A stretch of 64,000 nt of DNA. Source: Pseudomonadota bacterium. GTDB taxonomy: Bacteria; Pseudomonadota; Alphaproteobacteria; Rhizobiales; Beijerinckiaceae. Below the pieces are notes generated by a model. That model was not told the origin of the DNA and did no database searches. It saw nothing but the letters and a program-made list of their open reading frames with translations. Position 1 is the stretch's first letter; the number at the start of each line of letters is the position of its first letter. Where the stretch lies: contig JAEWKH010000066.1 in assembly GCA_023386155.1 (NCBI GenBank), positions 94,719 through 158,718 on the forward strand, read 5' to 3'. The position numbers and the translations under genes are program-made. Shown in pieces: positions 9,953-18,691 of the stretch.

Positions 9953-12040
9953 ATGCGTACATTGATCATAGATAACTACGACTCGTTCACGCACAATCTC
10001 GTCCACCTAGTTTCTGTCGTGAACAAAGATGTCCCGATTGTCGTGCGTAATGACGAACTCGACTGGAGGGCTCTTGAGGAACTTAACTTTGATAATGCAA
10101 TCATATCTCCGGGCCCTGGCCACCCAGCTCGTGAAGCTGACTTCGGCATTTGTGCGCGATTTCTGAAAGAGACGTCAAAGCCGACACTTGGCGTGTGTCT
10201 TGGCCATCAAGGGATTGCAACGGTCATGGGCGGGCTAGTCGAGCGCGCACCGCAACCGGTTCATGGCAAGGCCGCTTCGGTTCGCCATAATGGAATTGGC
10301 ATATTAAAGGGGGTTCCGTCGCCGTTCTTAGCAGCCCGTTACCACTCATTAATAGTCAAACGCCCTTTGCCGTCAGAGCTTCTAGAGTTTGCCTGGACCG
10401 CCGACGATCTCGTAATGGGATTGATGCACCGAACGCGGCCACTCTGGGGCCTTCAGTTTCACCCCGAGTCAATTATATCGGAACATGGAGATCGAATTCT
10501 TCGCAATTTCCGCGATATGACCACTGAGCTTAGCCCCCGACCGGTATCGGGATACTCGAAGATACCAGATGGAGGAGGCCATACGAAGTCTCGGGTCCGG
10601 CTGGTCTGGAGAGAAATTCCGGCCCCTCCATCGGTGGCGTCTGCTTATGCGCAACTGTTCGCCAAGAATCTTTGCTCCTTTTGGCTGGATAGCAGCCTGG
10701 CAGAGCGCGGACGATCCCGCTGGTCGTATTTTGGAGCCGCATCGGATGGCGGAACATCGCTAGATACTTACGACAGTGGATCTAAGAAGACCGTACATTA
10801 TCGGGGCTCGATACGTCATGAGGGCGGCAAAAGCATCCTGGATTATCTTTCTCCGCAGCTACGCTGTGATATCGAGAATCCCCCACCATGCCCATTTGTC
10901 GGCGGCTGGGTCGGGTATCTTGGTTATGAACTTGGTCGAGAATTCGGTGGCGCTACACGTGGTCAGAGCTCCTTGCCTGACGTAGTACTGCAGCTCGTTG
11001 ATCGTTTCATCGCATTCGATCATGAAGAGGAGCGAATGTACGCTATTTGCGTGGAAGACGTGCCAGAGAGTGGCTCTGCGCAACAATGGCTCTCATCGAT
11101 AGAGGTAGCCCTGCAGGAGATCGGTGACCAGTTAGACCAGCCACAGCCGTTAGGTTTGAAGACGCCTATTCGATTTCGGCTCGATCGTGATCGCGAAACC
11201 TATATCGCGGATGTCAAGCAATGTTTGGATTGGATCAACGCCGGAGAAACATATCAAGTTTGTCTGACAAACGAGATCCGCACGGACACGGTTATCGATT
11301 CTCTTGCGCTTTATCGTGTGTTGAGATCAGTCAATCCTGCGCCTTTCGGAGCGTATTTCTGCTGGCCAGGAGGTGCCGTACTAAGCGCATCTCCAGAGCG
11401 TTTTCTAACAGTTGACAATAAGGGCTTCGTGGAAGCGAAGCCTATCAAGGGGACAATTAGGCGCGATGCCGATTCGTTTGTTGATGCGAAATTAGCGGAG
11501 GAACTCTCTAGCAGTGACAAGGATCGGTCCGAGAATATCATGATTGTCGATTTGCTTCGCAATGATCTGTCTCGAGTGTGCAAGCCTGGTTCAGTAGTTG
11601 TTCCAAAGCTATGCGATGTCGAATCCTATGCTACGGTGCATCAGTTGGTAAGCACGGTGCGCGGCGAGCTCCAGCCAGACATGACGATCATCGATCTTCT
11701 TCGTGCGTCCTTCCCTGGTGGCTCAATGACCGGCGCTCCAAAAATTCGTACACTCGAGCTCATCGACCAGCTTGAGCAACGCGCACGCGGTGTTTATTCC
11801 GGCGCCATGGGGTGGTTCGGATTTGATGGGGCTGCGGATCTTAGTATTGTGATCCGGACTATCGTACAGAGTGGACAAGAACTCTCTTTCGGTGTCGGCG
11901 GTGGTGTAGTCGCTCAATCAACGCCAGATGGAGAATTCGAGGAGATGTTGTTGAAGGCGAAGGCTTCTATTCGCGCCATTGTTATAGCTGCTTCAGGTTC
12001 TTTCAACGAAAACCTATTCGAAATCGAGGGTATCGAGTGA
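9953..12040 (+). CDS. pabAB: fused aminodeoxychorismate synthase (glutamine amidotransferase PabA domain plus PabB chorismate-binding domain)
   Basis: N-terminal GATase triad region LGVCLGHQGIA ... LQFHPES. C-terminal chorismate-utilising motifs SASPERFL, GAPKIRTLELIDQLE and GGGVVAQSTPDGEFEE. Confidence 0.9.
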   Translation: MRTLIIDNYDSFTHNLVHLVSVVNKDVPIVVRNDELDWRALEELNFDNAIISPGPGHPAREADFGICARFLKETSKPTLGVCLGHQGIATVMGGLVERAPQPVHGKAASVRHNGIGILKGVPSPFLAARYHSLIVKRPLPSELLEFAWTADDLVMGLMHRTRPLWGLQFHPESIISEHGDRILRNFRDMTTELSPRPVSGYSKIPDGGGHTKSRVRLVWREIPAPPSVASAYAQLFAKNLCSFWLDSSLAERGRSRWSYFGAASDGGTSLDTYDSGSKKTVHYRGSIRHEGGKSILDYLSPQLRCDIENPPPCPFVGGWVGYLGYELGREFGGATRGQSSLPDVVLQLVDRFIAFDHEEERMYAICVEDVPESGSAQQWLSSIEVALQEIGDQLDQPQPLGLKTPIRFRLDRDRETYIADVKQCLDWINAGETYQVCLTNEIRTDTVIDSLALYRVLRSVNPAPFGAYFCWPGGAVLSASPERFLTVDNKGFVEAKPIKGTIRRDADSFVDAKLAEELSSSDKDRSENIMIVDLLRNDLSRVCKPGSVVVPKLCDVESYATVHQLVSTVRGELQPDMTIIDLLRASFPGGSMTGAPKIRTLELIDQLEQRARGVYSGAMGWFGFDGAADLSIVIRTIVQSGQELSFGVGGGVVAQSTPDGEFEEMLLKAKASIRAIVIAASGSFNENLFEIEGIE

Positions 12041-12093
12041 TGTTCACTCGACGGCACCGTCAAATTGACGGCGAAGGATTCGTCAGCCCCGGC

Positions 12094-12375
12094 TCAGTAA
12101 ATCGTATCCCGAGTCCATAGCGGATGATCAGTGGCGCCGTACATTGCAGCCTTCCTGGCGGCCGCATAGCTCGCCAGGTTGTTTATGTTCATCATATATG
12201 GGGCTGTACCCTGGTTCTTGAGTAGTTTACGGGACAGACGCTCGGCGGCTTTCATGTTACGTCGATTCTGGGTCAGGAGATTTAGCACGTGGCTGATGAC
12301 TCCATGGAAGCGGCGACGATCGTAGAGAGCGTAATGAATGTTCTCCACTTACTATGATTTCGTCTGGTCACCCTT
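12094..12375 (-). pseudogene. IS6-family transposase remnant (internal fragment, truncated at both ends)
   Basis: The reverse-strand translation PDEIIVSGENIHYALYDRRRFHGVISHVLNLLTQNRRNMKAAERLSRKLLKNQGTAPYMMNINNLASYAAARKA parallels IS26-type DETYVKVNG-W-YLYRAVD--G--VDF-LS-RRN-KAA--FL-K-L...TDK-ASY. A stop lies immediately upstream, and similarity is lost before the C-terminal catalytic region. Confidence 0.45.
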
Positions 12376-12731
12376 CTGCTAATTTGACGACGCCATTGAA
12401 GAAGATCCAATGGATGCACTGCTAGTGGCCGCCAGCACAATCGACGGCATATCCAGCGCTGGCCTCGTGCGGCTGGATTGTTCAAAGCTGGCCATCCATC
12501 CCGTTTTAAATCAGGGTGCAGTCAGGGAAGAGAACAACTAGCGCGGTAAAAACAAGTCAAGCCTACCGTTTTAGCTGTGGGAATATGGTCCGATACAACC
12601 TTGCATATTTTGGGGAAGCCGTTAGCCTTCGTAAAGTGAATTGACTGACGGAGGTAGCTTATGACTGACGGGAAGTTCGAAGAAAAGGTCTTCGGAAATC
12701 CGCAGGCCATAGCTGAATTAGAAGGTGCCCG

Positions 12732-13910
12732 ATGAAGGGTGCTTACTTCCTCAAAGACATTGTTCGGGGTTCGCCTGAGTACGAATGCCATCTGTTCAGT
12801 AAGCAGGCTTCTGCTCAAGCAAGATCTTTCCTGTCGAGGCTTCCCGGTTACAAGCCGACGCCTTTGCTCGATCTTTCATCCGAATCCAGAAAGTTCGGAG
12901 TTGGTCGACTTTATTACAAAGATGAGGCGCAGCGTTTTGAGGTGGGGAGCTTCAAAGCATTGGGCGGCGCGTATGGCGTGTATAGGGCGATAGAGCGACT
13001 AGCGAATGCTGAAGGTTTCGAAAACCTGCATGTTGACGATATTCTTGATGGCCGAGTTCGGCACCTGACAAAATCCCTCACGGTGGTATGCGCGACTGAC
13101 GGAAACTATGGCCGCGCCGTCGCTTGGGCAGCAAAACTGTTGGGGTGCCGGTCGCGCGTGTACGTTAATGCAGCAACGAGCACTAATAGAGCGGACGCCA
13201 TCCTTCAGTACGGAGCAGATGTTGTTCGAGTGTCTGGTGTCTACGAAGACGCATTGGAGCAGGCGGAATACGACGCGCGATTGCATGGCTGGACGATGGT
13301 CTCTGACACAGCGTACGACGGATGCAACGATTCTCCTGAGGACGTTATGGCGGGCTATGCCACGCTAGTTCACGAGATCGGGCAACAGTGGGACGCTGAT
13401 GTGCCGCCAACCCATGTCTTTCTTCAGGTTGGGGTCGGAGGTCTTGCCGCGTCTGTCATAGCACAGTGTTTGAGAATTTGGACTGCGCGGCCGCCGACTT
13501 TCATTGTTGTTGAGCCTGTTGAAGCCGACTGCGCTTTTCAAAGTGGAATGGCTGGCGTTAGCACCTCGGCAGCAGGCAATCTAAAAACCCTTTCCGTTGG
13601 CTTGGCTTGTGGTCGCTTATCCACGCAAGCCTGGCCTGTTTTGAGAGACAACGTATCTGCTTATATGCTGATTGACGATAGTGATGTGACTGCTGCCATG
13701 CGGTTGCTATCACGCTGTGAGTCCGGCGGCGTGGTTGCGGGCGAATCAGGTTGTGCCGGTTTCGCAGCGTTCCGCCGCGCTTGTTTGTATGAGCCGTTGA
13801 AGCAGGCGTTGGGGTTAGGGGAGAATAGCCACGTGTTAACGATCGGCACGGAAGGGGCCACAGACGCTGAAATATATAGATCTATAGTTTTTGGCACCGC
13901 CCGGTCTTAA
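12732..13910 (+). CDS. PLP-dependent enzyme, diaminopropionate ammonia-lyase-like (tryptophan synthase beta superfamily)
   Basis: RFEVGSFKALGGAYGV (PLP-lysine motif as in DpaL/YgeX) and the glycine-rich loop QVGVGGLAASV. 392 aa. Confidence 0.7.
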   Translation: MKGAYFLKDIVRGSPEYECHLFSKQASAQARSFLSRLPGYKPTPLLDLSSESRKFGVGRLYYKDEAQRFEVGSFKALGGAYGVYRAIERLANAEGFENLHVDDILDGRVRHLTKSLTVVCATDGNYGRAVAWAAKLLGCRSRVYVNAATSTNRADAILQYGADVVRVSGVYEDALEQAEYDARLHGWTMVSDTAYDGCNDSPEDVMAGYATLVHEIGQQWDADVPPTHVFLQVGVGGLAASVIAQCLRIWTARPPTFIVVEPVEADCAFQSGMAGVSTSAAGNLKTLSVGLACGRLSTQAWPVLRDNVSAYMLIDDSDVTAAMRLLSRCESGGVVAGESGCAGFAAFRRACLYEPLKQALGLGENSHVLTIGTEGATDAEIYRSIVFGTARS

Positions 13911-13922
13911 TAGAGGAATTTC

Positions 13923-15281
13923 ATGTTGCCGATGTCGTTGAGCTGGGAGGATACAGTTAAATTACTGAGTAGGTATTCTCCAGAGGTTGCAAACGATATA
14001 TGTCAGAATGCAGAAAGGCCCTTATATTCATACGCGAGTGAGATATTTACTCCTCCCGACCCGCTTAATCTGTTTAACGATGCGGAGGTAAAACTCCGCA
14101 CAGCTCTTAGGCAGTATTTGGAGCAGTCGCCTTCATGCGGAATTCATGAGGATGAATTTGAAGCTATAATTGATGAATTTTTCTTACAGAGAGTGGTGCT
14201 GACCGGACCGCATCTTCAATTGTTGTTTGACCCTGAACCATTTTACGGACTCATCCTCTCCGCCCTCGGTGCAAGCAAGTCTGATAGACGCTACGTATTT
14301 TGGCATGCGAATACTACTGGTCGATTAAATTTAGCAAACCGAATAGGACCAGGGTGGCTCACTCTAGAAGATGCTAAGGTCAATTTATTTGATCTCTCAG
14401 TCAGGCAGATGAACCAGTTAACCCCGTTTGGGGCGACAGGAAGGTATAAGTTTCGTCCGAAAGTGGATGGCGTAATTCCTGTGAATAGATACAAAGGTGT
14501 TTTAGAAGATATCTCGAACATAAGCCCTCAAAGTATTCGCGGGCTATTTCATGCCGCAAACGATAAAGTATGGAATGTTTGCAACAAAGATCTTCAAAAA
14601 ATTGTCGTACTCGACGACAAACTGAATTCACTTCTAATAAGCTTGTATGTTCAGGATAGAACAAGTGTTCTAACTGGTATGCTCTTCGAGAAAGGCATAC
14701 TGGATCTTCAGTTGAGATTGTTTCAAGAGGCAATGCTTGCTGATACAACTAAAATGTTGCCATTCGGAACAGATTTTTTCTGGCATAACCGAGGTGATCG
14801 CTTTATCCCCATGAGGCTCAATTCGGAGCAAAGCCATCTCGTAAGTGCGTGTGGGCAAAGCGCATGTGCTATAGCGTGGAACTCTAACGATATTGTCACT
14901 GCGCTGCAGGAAAACATCATTGTTCCTAATGTTTATTTGATGATGCTCACGTTTTCTATATTGCCTTCGGTGAGGGCGAACGGTGGACCGAGGCAAATTA
15001 TTTATATGCCTGTTATTCACCGCATAGCTCGTCAGGTATTGAGGAGTCTTTTAGGGAAAGACATACCTTTAGACACTCAAAGGCTGCACGGCTTGGGATC
15101 TGACGTTATTTACCCGGTTCCGGGTCTTATCCCAGATGTGGTGGCCTCACGGGATTATAACGGCATAACTTTGTACGTTGAAAATTTGAAACGAGATTCA
15201 TCTAGTCTAGTCGATCATGCAAAACATCTCCGCACGATAAGAGAATATAGTGCTTGGCACTATATGGCGCGCAATCAATAA
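13923..15281 (+). CDS. hypothetical protein (452 aa, AT-rich, no motif recognised)
   Basis: Long uninterrupted ORF. GAGGA lies 6 nt upstream of the ATG, which is 12 nt after the PLP-enzyme stop. No TM segments or catalytic signatures recognised. Confidence 0.5.
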   Translation: MLPMSLSWEDTVKLLSRYSPEVANDICQNAERPLYSYASEIFTPPDPLNLFNDAEVKLRTALRQYLEQSPSCGIHEDEFEAIIDEFFLQRVVLTGPHLQLLFDPEPFYGLILSALGASKSDRRYVFWHANTTGRLNLANRIGPGWLTLEDAKVNLFDLSVRQMNQLTPFGATGRYKFRPKVDGVIPVNRYKGVLEDISNISPQSIRGLFHAANDKVWNVCNKDLQKIVVLDDKLNSLLISLYVQDRTSVLTGMLFEKGILDLQLRLFQEAMLADTTKMLPFGTDFFWHNRGDRFIPMRLNSEQSHLVSACGQSACAIAWNSNDIVTALQENIIVPNVYLMMLTFSILPSVRANGGPRQIIYMPVIHRIARQVLRSLLGKDIPLDTQRLHGLGSDVIYPVPGLIPDVVASRDYNGITLYVENLKRDSSSLVDHAKHLRTIREYSAWHYMARNQ

Positions 15282-15566
15282 ACAAATACTGCGGTCGAAC
15301 GGGGAGCTGCATCCGAGCATCCTTTCGTTGGAAGCTGAGAAAGCGCAGAAAGAACCATGCATTTTTCCTCGGCATGCAGGAAGCGCATTGTCTTTCGGAT
15401 ATGCTGACAAAATACAAATGGCTACATGTGCCCTGTTTGTGGTGCTAACTTGGCTTGGGGCCTGCACAAACGTGAGTGTGTGGCGGAGAGCAGGTTATCC
15501 GCATAGCGAGCTCTAAGTAATGCCGCTGCAAACAAACCCGGCACCAGCTGATTATAAGAGGCGCTC

Positions 15567-16046
15567 TTAGATGGCTCTGTTCGTTGATGAGGGCAGAAGC
15601 CCCGCCTGAGAACTCGGCCAGAAGAGAATGCACCCGGTGAACCATCTGATGAAGGTAATGCCTCCTAAGAGAAGCACCATGATCCCGCCGAGTTTGAGAG
15701 TCTGATCTCCGGTTGTGAGTAGGAGGAGGCCAAAGAACAGAGGTCCGAAAGTCCAGAACATGCACGTGAGCCATGTATTCAGGATGAGGCTGTAATCGGT
15801 GGCGATACCTCCGTCATGCTCCAGGGCGTAGATGAAAAGCCGGCCTTTGCAGTGCAGCTTGATCTTTCGATCGTCCTGCTCGATCAAACGTTCCAATTCC
15901 GCGACGACATTAGTGAAAGCAATGATGTTGGCCAGATTGGTGATCTGACCATTGTTATGCCTGATACGGATATAGGAATACCGCATTCCGCCTAATGCTT
16001 CGACGGAGGCGCCATAGCTTTCCAGCGTTCCCTCAATTGTGCGCAT
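15567..16046 (-). CDS. hypothetical membrane protein (soluble N-terminal half, two or three C-terminal TM segments)
   Basis: 159-aa ORF, 36 nt downstream of the preceding minus-strand ORF. Hydrophobic stretches WLTCMFWTFGPLFFGLLLL and GGIMVLLLGGITFIRWF. Confidence 0.4.
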   Translation of the reverse strand: MRTIEGTLESYGASVEALGGMRYSYIRIRHNNGQITNLANIIAFTNVVAELERLIEQDDRKIKLHCKGRLFIYALEHDGGIATDYSLILNTWLTCMFWTFGPLFFGLLLLTTGDQTLKLGGIMVLLLGGITFIRWFTGCILFWPSSQAGLLPSSTNRAI

Positions 16047-16082
16047 GTCTTCTTCCCTTAGGTTATATGAACTTGTCGGAGA

Positions 16083-16568
16083 TCAGTCGCCGATGAAGCT
16101 GGCCGTACCCGAGGCATAGATGCCTCCGCAGAGTCCCAACCGGGCCTGTTCGATGGTCAGGTCACCGCCGGAGGCGCGCCGGATGTAGAGGCCATGAGTT
16201 CCTGGTTGGACGATGAAGAGGGTGCCATCTGGCCGAACCTCGCCGGCACCAGAGACCGTGCAAAGGATGGCCGCAGCGTTCATGCGGTCGGCGACGGTGA
16301 AGACGACCTTGTACTGCCGCTTGGCCTTTGAGATTGGGGAGATCTCGTACCAGCACTGAACACCCTTCAGGTCGCAGGCGATCGAGTACTGTCCGGCGAA
16401 GGCATCACGCTTCGGGGCCGCAACGGCAGGGCGGGAGATGCACAAAGCCACCGTGCCGACGATCAAAAGCAGCCGAAAGGATATCTGTGCTAGCGACGGT
16501 CGTGTCCGTTTTGGCTCGTGTGCCGCCAGAGGTCGATGGATCAAACCGGGGAAGGTGAGGGACATCAT
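16083..16568 (-). CDS. hypothetical exported protein
   Basis: 161-aa ORF with a signal-peptide-like FRLLLIVGTVALCISRPAVAAP. Four Cys in the mature part. Confidence 0.4.
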   Translation of the reverse strand: MMSLTFPGLIHRPLAAHEPKRTRPSLAQISFRLLLIVGTVALCISRPAVAAPKRDAFAGQYSIACDLKGVQCWYEISPISKAKRQYKVVFTVADRMNAAAILCTVSGAGEVRPDGTLFIVQPGTHGLYIRRASGGDLTIEQARLGLCGGIYASGTASFIGD

Positions 16569-16771
16569 GTCTATGGGAATCCTTGAACGATCATCCTTGG
16601 CGGGTGCGTCCCAGGACTAAGTCATCAGCTTCACCGGAACGCTTTCTACTACATGCAGACGGGACATTGGGGGGCTCAGCCACAAGGGAGAGCCCTTCAA
16701 CGTATCGTTGTATGTCGAATATGGATTATTGTCCATATGTTGAGTTGGCAAGATCCGTTTCGAGTGGCTGG

Positions 16772-17011
16772 ATGGATATCCAGCGAATCCTTGCCCAAAA
16801 CGTGCGCCGCTACCGCCTCGCCGCAGGCCTGTCGCAATGGCAGCTTGTGGAGAGGCTGGAGGCCCTAGATGCTGACCTAGGGGTTGATCAAGCATACCTC
16901 TCACATCTTGAGAACGGTCGGAAGAACCCGACCCTGACGATGCTGGCGCATCTCGCCCAGGCGCTAGGGGTAACGGTGGCGCAGTTGGTCGAGGAGCCAA
17001 ACTCTCGTTAG
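16772..17011 (+). CDS. XRE-family helix-turn-helix transcriptional regulator
   Basis: LAQNVRRYRLAAGLSQWQLVERL...YLSHLENGRKNPTLTMLAHLAQALGVTVAQL is a canonical HTH_3/XRE domain. The start is uncertain: ATG at 16772, or at 16712/16721 further upstream in the same frame. Confidence 0.7.
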   Translation: MDIQRILAQNVRRYRLAAGLSQWQLVERLEALDADLGVDQAYLSHLENGRKNPTLTMLAHLAQALGVTVAQLVEEPNSR

Positions 17012-17192
17012 ATCCCTTGGTGATGAAAGTTTGAGGATCCACCGGCTGGCATGCTAGCCAAAGCGAAACTCGCTGCGGGGGAACTATATTGGGAGCCCTG
17101 AATCGAGAGTGACCAACCTGCCTAGGGCGCCGACTCATTAACGCGCAACCATAACCTGATTGACGCAAGCTGGACGAGGGCAAGATAATCCC

Positions 17193-17873
17193 ATGGTTTT
17201 CTGGATAGCGAGTGTGGCTGGTCTGGCTGCCGCATATCTTTTCGGTTCAACGCCTACGGGCTTTCTGGCGGGGAAGCTGCTCAAGGGCATTGATATCCGA
17301 GAGCACGGCTCCAAATCCACCGGGGCAACGAACGCATTACGCACCTTGGGAGCAGGGCCTGCGTTGGTGGTGCTCCTGGTAGACGTGCTGAAAGGTGCGG
17401 CGGCAATCGTCTTTGTCTGCTGGTTTTATCCTTGGTTCTCTACATTGCCGTCCGTCACGCCACTGCTTGATCTGCAAACCTGGGTGCCTTGGGCCGTTTG
17501 CTTCGCCGGACTTGCCGTGTTGTTGGGGCATAGCCGTTCGATTTGGTTGAATTTTACAGGCGGCAAATCCGTTGCGACGGGGCTAGGCGTGTTGCTGGCG
17601 CTGTCTTGGCCAGTCGGTTTAGGTGCTGTGGCGGTTTTTGGCGTTGTGCTAGCCATTTCTCGGATTGTTTCCCTGAGTTCGATGCTAGCGGCGGTGACTG
17701 CGATCGCCCTTATCTGCGGCTTGGAGCAACCGTTGCCCTATCGGTTACTGGTGATTGCAGGCAGCATTTACGTGATTGTGCGCCATCGTGCCAACATTCA
17801 GCGGCTACTGGCTGGGGCAGAGCCGCGCCTGGGGCAAAGTAGCCCAGAATTGAAAACGGAATCGCAAATTTAG
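17193..17873 (+). CDS. plsY: glycerol-3-phosphate acyltransferase PlsY (acyl-phosphate dependent)
   Basis: FGSTPTGFLAGKLLKGIDIREHGSKSTGATNALRTLG is the PlsY signature. Multi-pass membrane protein. ATG at 17193 is preferred. Confidence 0.85.
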   Translation: MVFWIASVAGLAAAYLFGSTPTGFLAGKLLKGIDIREHGSKSTGATNALRTLGAGPALVVLLVDVLKGAAAIVFVCWFYPWFSTLPSVTPLLDLQTWVPWAVCFAGLAVLLGHSRSIWLNFTGGKSVATGLGVLLALSWPVGLGAVAVFGVVLAISRIVSLSSMLAAVTAIALICGLEQPLPYRLLVIAGSIYVIVRHRANIQRLLAGAEPRLGQSSPELKTESQI

Positions 17874-18220
17874 TGCGTGTACTCTGGGACTGGCGAGATC
17901 GCCAACATGGGCTGCTTGTTGCTCATCGCGACATGCTGAGTCACCGCAAGATTTCGGTCGCTTTCGGCGCGGGGCGGACCTCCCGAAATTTATGAGTACG
18001 CGCCCTAAGCGCCCATAGTGGATCCCACCCAGTGCCGTGCAATTCGGAGGTTGATCTCAAAAAAAGTCCAAATCCTGCCGTTTCACAGAAACCTCTGATC
18101 CGAATTGCCGAAAAGCCTCTCACGAAGAACTCATCGTTTCTGACGGAATGTCGAACGCAAAGAAATGGAAGGTCGCCGGCGGAGAGAGAGGTTATCCTGA
18201 ACGAAACAGGGGCCCCAGCG

Positions 18221-18691
18221 ATGCGCAGTCTCGATAAGGCAATTCTCGATGAAATCCTTACGAAGAGAGATACCCTCGGCGGTATTGATGCCGCATCCTG
18301 TGTGGATGATCTCTGTCGGTGGTGGAACGCGAACGCCCCGTCCGAGCGGACGGGAGCCACGCATATCGGCGTTTACATTGAGACCGATAGCGTCTGCCGG
18401 AATGTCGACCAGCAGGATCGCACGTTCAGGTTCGCGCATCAATTCGAATCCGCCGGATCTTCGGCCCGGTGCGGCGACATCGTCCTTGAATTCAGGCGTG
18501 CCGAGGAATGCGGCCCAAATGACTACGTATCCTTCGATCTCGCAGGGAATGCTATCGAGTCCAACAGACACGGTTCTGAGCGGTTCAGGCAATGGTCCGA
18601 CCAGGCTATGGAATGCCTGGTGTTGCTACGTGGCCGGTTCGGGAGACACGACAAGGAAGGTTGCAAGGCGTACATCCCGCACGTGGAATAG
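18221..18691 (+). CDS. hypothetical protein (coding strand uncertain)
   Basis: The plus-frame product from ATG 18221 (MRSLDKAILDEILTKRDTLGG...) has a balanced composition. Over 18362-18590 I counted GC3 of about 67% for this frame against about 58% for the codon-aligned antisense ORF 18131..18592. No family recognised. Confidence 0.3.
   Translation: MRSLDKAILDEILTKRDTLGGIDAASCVDDLCRWWNANAPSERTGATHIGVYIETDSVCRNVDQQDRTFRFAHQFESAGSSARCGDIVLEFRRAEECGPNDYVSFDLAGNAIESNRHGSERFRQWSDQAMECLVLLRGRFGRHDKEGCKAYIPHVE

Noticed and set aside
12282-12485. 67-aa minus-strand ORF next to the IS6 remnant
   Set aside because: It is an alternative frame of the degraded transposase region with no similarity to transposase N-termini, so it was treated as part of the pseudogene scar.
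18131-18592. 153-aa minus-strand ORF as an independent gene
   Set aside because: It is the codon-aligned antisense frame of the plus ORF 18221-18691. It has a lower third-position GC in my hand count (about 58% versus 67%) and an Arg/Ser/Pro-rich C-terminal half. It is not firmly excluded, because it is in frame with the 303-aa ORF upstream of it (see the finding on 18032-19537).
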